From: Paraspadella gotoi
Lineage: Eukaryota; Animalia; Chaetognatha
DNA: 64,000 nt
Direction: 5' to 3'
Assembly: GCA_051294375.1 (NCBI GenBank)
Contig: CM119267.1
Coordinates: 8,040,683-8,104,682 of the forward strand
The notes under the pieces were generated by a model that was not told where the DNA came from, did no database searches, and worked only from the letters and a program-made list of their open reading frames with translations. The position numbers were made by a program, and so were the translations under genes. Shown here in pieces: positions 56,241 through 64,000 of the stretch (positions are counted from its first letter, which is position 1; every line of letters starts with the position of its first letter).

Positions 56241-56833
56241 AGTAGCTAAAGTCTCGTAGGAACTATTGACTTAAGTTGATCGATCGAAAGCGAAATTAAA
56301 ATTATATATTCAAAGTTAATTCAAATCGTTAATAACATAATATTTGATATGATGAAACGAATTGAGAATGAAACATGCATGTTGTCATGTTGCCATCGAA
56401 GTCAACCAACGTGATAATGGTTGACAAATTAGAAATATGAATATTAATTATTTGATCAATTAATAATTAATAGAACCTAAATAAGACGTGTTTACATTGA
56501 AATAACATTCGAATGGGTTTACCTAAACTTTGGAGTGATCTTCGATGTCCGCGATTGGTTTTTCGATTTGCGCTGAGGCGCGACCGGACGCTTCTATTCT
56601 TGTTTGCAATGATTGAGCAGAGACAGGGAACGACAAACGATACATGGAACTTGACGACCCTGAAATCATAATTTGTTTGCACCCTTTTACCTCAAAATAA
56701 CCTGTTTGCACGAATCTGTTCGCACTCTGTCATTTCGACTTAAATTGATTTTTGATGTTTCGGCACTTAATTAATTTGCACCTTTCTCTTAACTACCCAA
56801 CGATGACATTGTAGGTGACGATGCCGATGAGCA

Positions 56834-57190
56834 ATGCCAGACAGACAGTTGACAATGAACAAGAACGACCAAGTAAAGAGTAGAATGGTCGGGCTGAAGT
56901 GTAAAATGCGCCGCAGACTGAACGAACGACGAAGACGGCGTCGAACTCGAAACAAAGTTCGGAGTTGTCGCTGTCCCGACGCCGCCGTTAAAAGACGGCG
57001 TTGCCCGTCGGAAGGACCGCATTGCGGCACTCGATGGCCCCAGCGAACTGAGGCTGCCGGCACATTACTGCTGAGCCAAGGGGAAGGGCTCAGCACGTCT
57101 GAGCTCGCCTTTGAAAGGCATGGAAGACAAAATGGCGATTACGAAAATCATTCTTATTATCTATTTAGTGATGTGGCGAACGGTCATTAA
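56834..57190 (+). CDS. Small Arg/Cys-rich basic ORF inside the LTR element (hypothetical)
   Basis: ORF track, 118 aa: ...KMRRRLNERRRRRRTRNKVRSCRCPDAAVKRRRCPS...; GC-rich island with AATAAA downstream (~57306, ~57321). Confidence 0.3.
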   Translation: MPDRQLTMNKNDQVKSRMVGLKCKMRRRLNERRRRRRTRNKVRSCRCPDAAVKRRRCPSEGPHCGTRWPQRTEAAGTLLLSQGEGLSTSELAFERHGRQNGDYENHSYYLFSDVANGH

Positions 57191-58292
57191 ACGCCAGAAC
57201 GGAAATAGATGGCGTCGGTTTCGCCACGTGGTCCACGCCTCTGACTGAGATTGTTTAGGTGAATAATTAAAATTGTTCCAAGACAAAGTCTTTATTTTGT
57301 TCATTAATAAAACAGAACCTTAATAAAATAAAATCAAAGCATATAGATATTCTATATGCATTAACAAGAATACAAAATATGCAATATTGCTAAATGGCAA
57401 TAAACATATTAATTAAACATTAATCAACATTAATAAACATAACGTTAATAGACATGAACGATGGTAGAGATGAATACTTTGTGAATGAGTTAGGAATGAA
57501 CTTGGAAAGGTAACAGGAATAAAGAAACCAATAATAAATGATACACTAGAGTGATCTACATAACTATACATAATTATAGTGTTCACTTGTTTTCAAGTAT
57601 GTTATGCTACAGAACTTATATAAGAAACTTCTTGTGTGGGTCTGCCACTGAGTCCGTGATCGTGGCTGGGAAAAACGGGTTCCAGCCTACCAGTGAAAAT
57701 AAAGAATTATAGTTATCGAAACTGAATTTAAATTTTGAATTTTAATAAATAAATTTAAAATTTATGAAAATTATTATGAAGCGAATTCTAATTATAATTT
57801 GCTGAACTGACCGTTCACTTACCATTTTAGGATTGGGAGCAGGAAGAGCAGGATTGAGTTCTTTATATCGAATATTGTGAACCGATGAGATCATTAAAAT
57901 TGATTGATGTTTTAGGGAAAAGATATCGAAAAAATAGATCAAGCGACATTAATGATTGCCATATTCCGCGCGGAGGAATTGTTTGTTTGATGTTTGTTTA
58001 TATATTGGTTCCCGATATATATATATATATATAATTAATTTTACATTTTAGTTCGACTGTTTGGACGGCAGTTTCGACTCATTTTCAAAACAATTTTATT
58101 TTTGTACGTTTTTTTCATATTAGATGCAGCGCAGATTTATTTTTGTCCTTAATTTACTTTTCCCCAATTTAGCTATATGTGATCTTGTAATACTGTTTAA
58201 ACATTAGATTATTTGTACTACTGCTTTACATGTGATCATTTGTACCACTGTTTCGCTTACTCATCTATTTGCCATTTAACAAAATTTGTTTT

Positions 58293-58302
58293 GGGGGGGA
58301 GA
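58293..58302 (+). promoter_or_regulatory. Polypurine tract
   Basis: GGGGGGGAGA abuts the TG of the 3' LTR. Confidence 0.85.
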
Positions 58303-58665
58303 TGTTAGTAATATTTTAATTAGCCTCCAATTTAGTAATTAACTTTCGTCAATTTTGTCTCTCTAATTTTCTCAGTTCAAAGTTTAATATTTCATAGATT
58401 CCAGGAACTCAGCGCCTATTTTGTAACATTTTGTCTAAGTAGAATAAAACAAAGGAAGAGAGACGAGAGGGAGGCCGAGATTTTTAGTGTATTCCATTTT
58501 TAGTCTCAAGGGATAAGACGCAATATTTTATCACTGTTTAATTTTCTAATACAACTTGGAAATCTACAATTATTTCAGGTAACTTCAAAAACTAATTAGA
58601 CAGACTATGCATAGTTAAGCTCTCTATCCGTCATCTTTTGAGGGCCACAGACCACGTTACCAACA
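58303..58665 (+). repeat. 3' LTR
   Basis: Colinear with 51665-52028; the differences are mostly 1-nt indels. Confidence 0.9.
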
Positions 58666-59129
58666 TTCCCCGTCGTTCCAATACAGAACTAATAATAAAA
58701 TTAAGAATAAGAGAAAATTGCAAAGACTATGATTTTAGAGCAAGCATTAAAAATTCTTTGTAAGCGTAAAACAAGATATGAGCCGATGACGAAAAAAGGA
58801 AATTTTTAGCTTCTCTAAATTTACTCACCATTTTGGCCGGAAAAATATCGATCGATGACCCCGAAAAAAAAAGCGGGAAATTCTCGTTTTACGTTGTTTC
58901 AATGTTTCTGAACCCAAATATTTGTTTTCTCACTATGGCGGACGATGCAGATTTTTAAAGCTAAATTTTTCAAGAAATTCTTTTTTATTCATATTTCTTC
59001 TTTTTTCTTCCAAGTATTTTTCCATATTTTGGTGCGGAGTCCAAGTTCCGGAATCGAAATGACGAGAATGAGAGAAGAGATTCCGATCTTCGATCAAGAC
59101 CAGACCAGACGGGCCGGAGGGTAAGTACC

Positions 59130-59200
<71 letters not shown>

Positions 59201-59544
59201 GCCGAGATCGGCGAGGGTCTTAACAGATCTGTGCGTCAGAAGGTAAGTATTTTAGGTGAGGTAAGGAGAGTCGGAAGTGATCATCTTCGCCCCACGGCGC
59301 TGGGAATCGTGAAAAGGTTAGGAGAAGGCGTTTAAAGTGTGACGTGAGTAGGAGGAAGGGAGGGAGTGAGGAAACTTTCGGTGACAGACAATTTTTTATC
59401 GGGAGGCTATTAACACTATGTCAAACAAATAATTTTGAGTACGAAAAGATCAGAAAAGAAACGGAGTGAGAGAGAGCGCTTTGAATCGATCAGCATAGAC
59501 TGGATGAAGGTACTAAAAGAAACCTCGACACCGACAACCACAAA

Positions 59545-59613
<69 letters not shown>

Positions 59614-60183
59614 GAAGACGGAACCAGCGGGGTGAAGCGAAAGTAGGAAAGCAGAAAATAAGACTTTTTTTCCTCCTGAAATTCGAACGATTGTTTCAGT
59701 GAATTCGGTTGTTATTGAAACTTCTTTCAAACGTGAAAATCGCAATTCTAAAAAAAGAAAGAAAGAAAAAAAACCTCAGGAAAAAAGAAAAGAGAGAATA
59801 AGAAATCTTTTGGGAAGAACGGAATCTAAAACTCTCACTAATTTTGGTGATGTGTATTCACGAGCGTATTGATATTTCCAACTTTTTCACAGGATGTTTG
59901 TTTGATCAATGACGACGCTCTTATGTCTAACTCGGGGCATAGAAAAAAAAAAGGCGAAAGCAACATCGTTAATCTTTGAAGATAAGATCGTGTTGACGAC
60001 GATAGAAACTGACACGACGACGAAAACCAAACGACGAACGACGACGACATAAACTCGTTTCTTCGGTGAAATCTATGGTCGTGAAAGTCACCTGAAGTCG
60101 AACTCGAGGTTTATCCTCTTCTTGCATCCTCTTCAGCGGGGATCCTTCTGTGCCACTTCTTTTCTTCAGCCTCTTCAGCCTCG

Positions 60184-60238
<55 letters not shown>

Positions 60239-60520
60239 CTTCTCTCTCCTCTCTCCTCCTCCTTTTTCCTCACTTTCTCTCTCTTAATTTCTTTCTCTCA
60301 TTATTCCACCCTTTCCTTTCTTATTCTAAAAGCACCTTCTTGCTTTTTTCTCCCTCTCCTTTCCTCAATTTATTTTTTACCTCTTCTTTTACTCCTTTCT
60401 TTTTCCTCTCTTTTTTCCTCTCTTCCTCTTCTTGGCGCGTAAATAAAAGTCAAACCTCTTTCGCTCTCTCCAAGGCTTTAACAGAGGCCATCTTGCCTTT
60501 ATTCAGTCTTCGCTCTTCAT

Positions 60521-60562
<42 letters not shown>

Positions 60563-60567
60563 GTCTC

Positions 60568-60600
<33 letters not shown>

Positions 60601-61595
60601 TTTCGGCGTTTTTATTTATTTCCCTTCCGACTCGGAAGTCTCCTTTTCCTCCTAAGAAAAAACAAAGAACTTTTCGCGAAAACAATTTTGTTCTTTTATC
60701 TTTAAGCTTAAAATGTTCCTTTTAAGGGAAACATGTGAAAGGTACAATATCTAGGTCTATGTGAAAGGAATGGAAGCGCCTGCATTGAATAACTCCTTTA
60801 CTTTTAGTCATTCAATGCATTTTTTCAATAAAACGCTGGCAGGTAGAATGTACATCAACAACGAAATCATCAAAAAATAATAGTTTAGAGAACGTTCTAT
60901 CTATCCAATTCTTCTGATATTCATTTCTTCAGTTATTTCCCCCCTTTCTGATTCAATCCCCCTCACGTTCCTCTCCCATCTCAATCTCTCTGCCCAGACA
61001 CCAACCACTTTAATATCTCATCTCTCAGCCTCTCCTTGACCAACTCCTTTCAATTCTCTCGTCCGCTTTTTTGTTTGTCTTTCCTCCAAACCGCCGTTCT
61101 TCGCCATCTCCCTCTCTCGGCAAATCCCGAATACAAATCCTTGGCCATCAATTGCTGAGTTCCTTTTATATATTTCAGGAGGCTTTCTCCGTTCGAGACG
61201 ACATTGCATGGATTCCCATTTTTTTTTTCAAAACCATCTGTTTTTTAGGGGTTAGCGTCGTTTTAAGGGTTTTCTTTTGCTGCCATGATGTCTAGAGAAA
61301 ACAAAGGGATTGTGAAGTTTCCATAAATGTATAGATTGACTTCAAAATGTTGTTAATGTTGTTCTTCTATCTTACCAGAAAAACAACCTGTTTATTTTCA
61401 TTCTTTTTTAAATCGTGTGAGCTAAATAAAAACGAATACGTAATGTTCTATATTCAAAAATACCTTTCATTCACACCAAACACTTACTTCCTTTCGGTTC
61501 TCTTATATTGAGACCCTCTCTTTCCCCTCACCTCCACCCCATTCCATTTTCCCAAAACGCCGCTCCATTGNNNNNNNNNNNNNNNNNNNNNNNNN

Positions 61596-64000
61596 AAGGT
61601 GGCATCGAAGAGAGGTCGAAGAGGGGTCGAAAAGAGGGGTCGTAGAGAGAGGTCAGAGAACGGGTCGGAATAAGGTCAAACAGGTTGGTGACAGGAAAAG
61701 AGGGTTGAGGACGAGGCAGAAAAAAAAATTGAGAAGGCAATCAATCGGAAGTCAAAGTGGGAACTGGGATGTGGGTAAGGCGAGAGAAGGAAGTGGGAAC
61801 TGGGATGTGGGTAAGGCGAGAGAAGGAAGAGAGGAATGAATGGAACGAGGGACGGACAGATGGATTAAAGGAAGGAAATTTAGACATGAATATAATGTCA
61901 GGAACTCTTTAATAAATTAAATTAAAAAGATTAAAAAGATAACAGATAACAAAATATATTTAAAAAAGATTAAAAAGATAACAGGAGCCAGGTGTCATTT
62001 GCCGTCATTCGAAAAGTTCCAAAGCTTAAAAACGTTGGTACCCAAAACAAAAAGACATCAAGAGAAAAAAGAATAGAGAGAGAGAGAGAGAGCGAGGGGT
62101 TAATAGCAAGAGTTGAAGAAAGAGAAGAGAAAAATAAAAGAAGGAGACAACAAAGGGAAGAGAGTCAAGGTGACAAGTGAGACAGAGAGAGGGGTTGCAT
62201 TGGGCAGCAATTACAAATCCTAAAAAGGGCAATCGAAGCAGCTTATCCTCCCTGTTAGTAATATTTTTAATTAGCCTCCAATTTAGTAATTAACTTTCGT
62301 TCAAATTTTGTCTCTCTAAATTTTCTCAGTTCCAAAGTTTAATATTTCATAGATTCCAGAACTCAGCGCCTATTTTGTAAACATTTTGTCTAAGTAGAAT
62401 AAACAAGAAGAGAGACGAGAGGAGGCTCGAGATTTAGTGTATTCCATTTTTTAGATCTCAAGGATTAAGACGCAATATTTTTATCACTGTTTAATTTTCT
62501 AATACAACTTTGGCAATCTACAATTATTTCAGGTAACTTTAAAAATCTTAGACAGACTATGCATAGTTCAGCTCTCTATCCGTCATCTTTTGAGGCCACA
62601 GACACGTTACCCAACATGGTGGCCAGCGTTGTTCGCTTAACGGACAGCCTCAAGTTTATCTGTTGCGGTACGGATATTTGTTTTTTCCGATTGAATAAGG
62701 GCGGTTTAACATTAAGATTTTTTTTTCTTTTCCCAATGAACGAAATGCATTGTTAAAGGTGAAGAAATTTTTTCTTAAAACTTTAGTATATTTTCTGTTT
62801 TGTTTTAGCCTCTCTGGACATTAGAATTGATTTATGATTTGGAAAAAGAACAATTTTTTGGATATTTCTTAAGCTCGAAAACCAAACATTAACCTAAAGC
62901 AAAATAAATAGAATCACGACTTTCTTTTACGTCAGTTGATACGAGGTCACTAGGGTAGGAACCCGAATATTTTTATTTTCAGTCTCGATCGACGTCCCAG
63001 TCATCCGGAAACGAACGATTTTTCGAGTTTTCTTTCCTTTACATTTCTCACGCACAGAGCATCTCTCCGACTTGTAAAAGAATGTTTTCTCGACTTTCGA
63101 CGATTCAACGAATTTTTTAATGGATAACTAAAAGTTTCGGATTTCTTACTGGACATAAAAGATTAATTTAGTGTAAACGATGTTGATCTATGTTTAACTA
63201 TTTCTGACGTTTTGGGTTTAATTATTTATTTTTGCTCGGTTTCCTATTTAGATTGTTTTCGACATGAAATTTCTTTTCGTGTTATCTTTGCACGGTTGAA
63301 ACGACAATGTATTTTGTGTAACAAATAATGCACGGTATGTAGATAGTATTTTGAAATTGTAGTCAATAATATAAACAAGTTATGGAACGGGAATTTTCCT
63401 TCCTTTGGGCGGAGGTGAAAGCGTACCTAAAAAACGAAAAAATTATCTGAGTAAACAAATTTATACTACTTTTACCAGGATTTACAAGGAAACCAGAACC
63501 GGACCGTTAAGATCTCGAATTTCGATTACGGATTCACGATGGATTGCTCTAAGAGCTACAACCGATCATTTCATTGTCCTCACATGTTGAATTGAATCAA
63601 TGGCCGACGCAAGCGAGCGAACCCGCCGATCGACGAAGGGGCGACTCAGCTCGCGAACTCATTGAAAAATTTTAGAGATTGCTCGCGGGAGATACGACAT
63701 TTTGGGCGCTTCCGGCCGCTTCCCAGCGTGACGACATCGCGAACTGTTTAATCCGCAAATAAGGCATTATCCGCTTCCGCCGCCGTAATTCAAACGATGG
63801 AGAGCCGAATGTGCTGCCGTCCTGCGTTTCTGCTTTCTCCGTTCGCAGCCTTCTGACCAACGAATGTTCCCTCACTGCCGCAGTAACCATTATCCACAGC
63901 CGCCTTTGCCGCCGCTGTATTTCTCGGACAAATGCGTTAGGAGTTCGTTTCCATGTTTAATCCTGCGAATACCCAGAACGACAACGACACGATCATCAGC
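61596..64000 (+). repeat. Near-identical second copy of 51014-53412, including host flank, LTR (62253-62616) and PBS; probably assembly or haplotype redundancy
   Basis: The ORF-track peptides are identical at 51971/62559, 52817/63405 and 53084/63672. The copy begins right after a 25-N gap and includes the same flank upstream of the LTR. Confidence 0.9.

Larger units (their letters stand above)
51665..58665 (+). mobile_element. LTR retroelement, ~7.0 kb, apparently non-autonomous (no RT/IN motifs seen)
   Basis: Two ~364-bp direct repeats TGTTAGTAA...TTACC(C)AACA. PBS TGGTGGCCAGCG follows the 5' LTR directly and PPT GGGGGGGAGA precedes the 3' LTR directly. Flanks are CTCCC / TTCCC. Confidence 0.9.

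Noticed and set aside
62253-64000. Second independent insertion of the LTR element
   Set aside because: It shares ~650 bp of the same upstream host flank and follows a 25-N gap, so it is the same locus repeated.

Overview
This is animal (invertebrate-like) genomic DNA with GC-rich exons, AT-rich GT-AG introns and many (GA)n/(CT)n microsatellites. The first 26 kb hold four spliced genes. They are a KLF3/8/12-type Kruppel-like factor (+; PVDLS motif, three C2H2 fingers), an AIFM3-like Rieske/FAD oxidoreductase (-; apparent small deletions in one exon), a ZIP8/14-type metal transporter (+), and the 3' four exons of TRAF4 (-; no RING exons recognisable). AIFM3 introns contain a tRNA-like Pol III element and a multi-hairpin element with a diverged relative. 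From about 30 kb onward the sequence is repeat-rich and partly error-prone, with several duplications abutting 25-N gaps that are probably gap-filling artefacts. This part contains a roughly full-length LINE between 1.4-kb inverted repeats. It also contains a 7-kb LTR element (TG...CA LTRs, tRNA-Leu-like PBS, PPT, near-TSD) in which I see no RT or integrase motifs. Instead the element carries an unusual repeat-containing ORF and an Arg-rich small ORF, making it the best novelty candidate. All calls were made by eye, without database searches.
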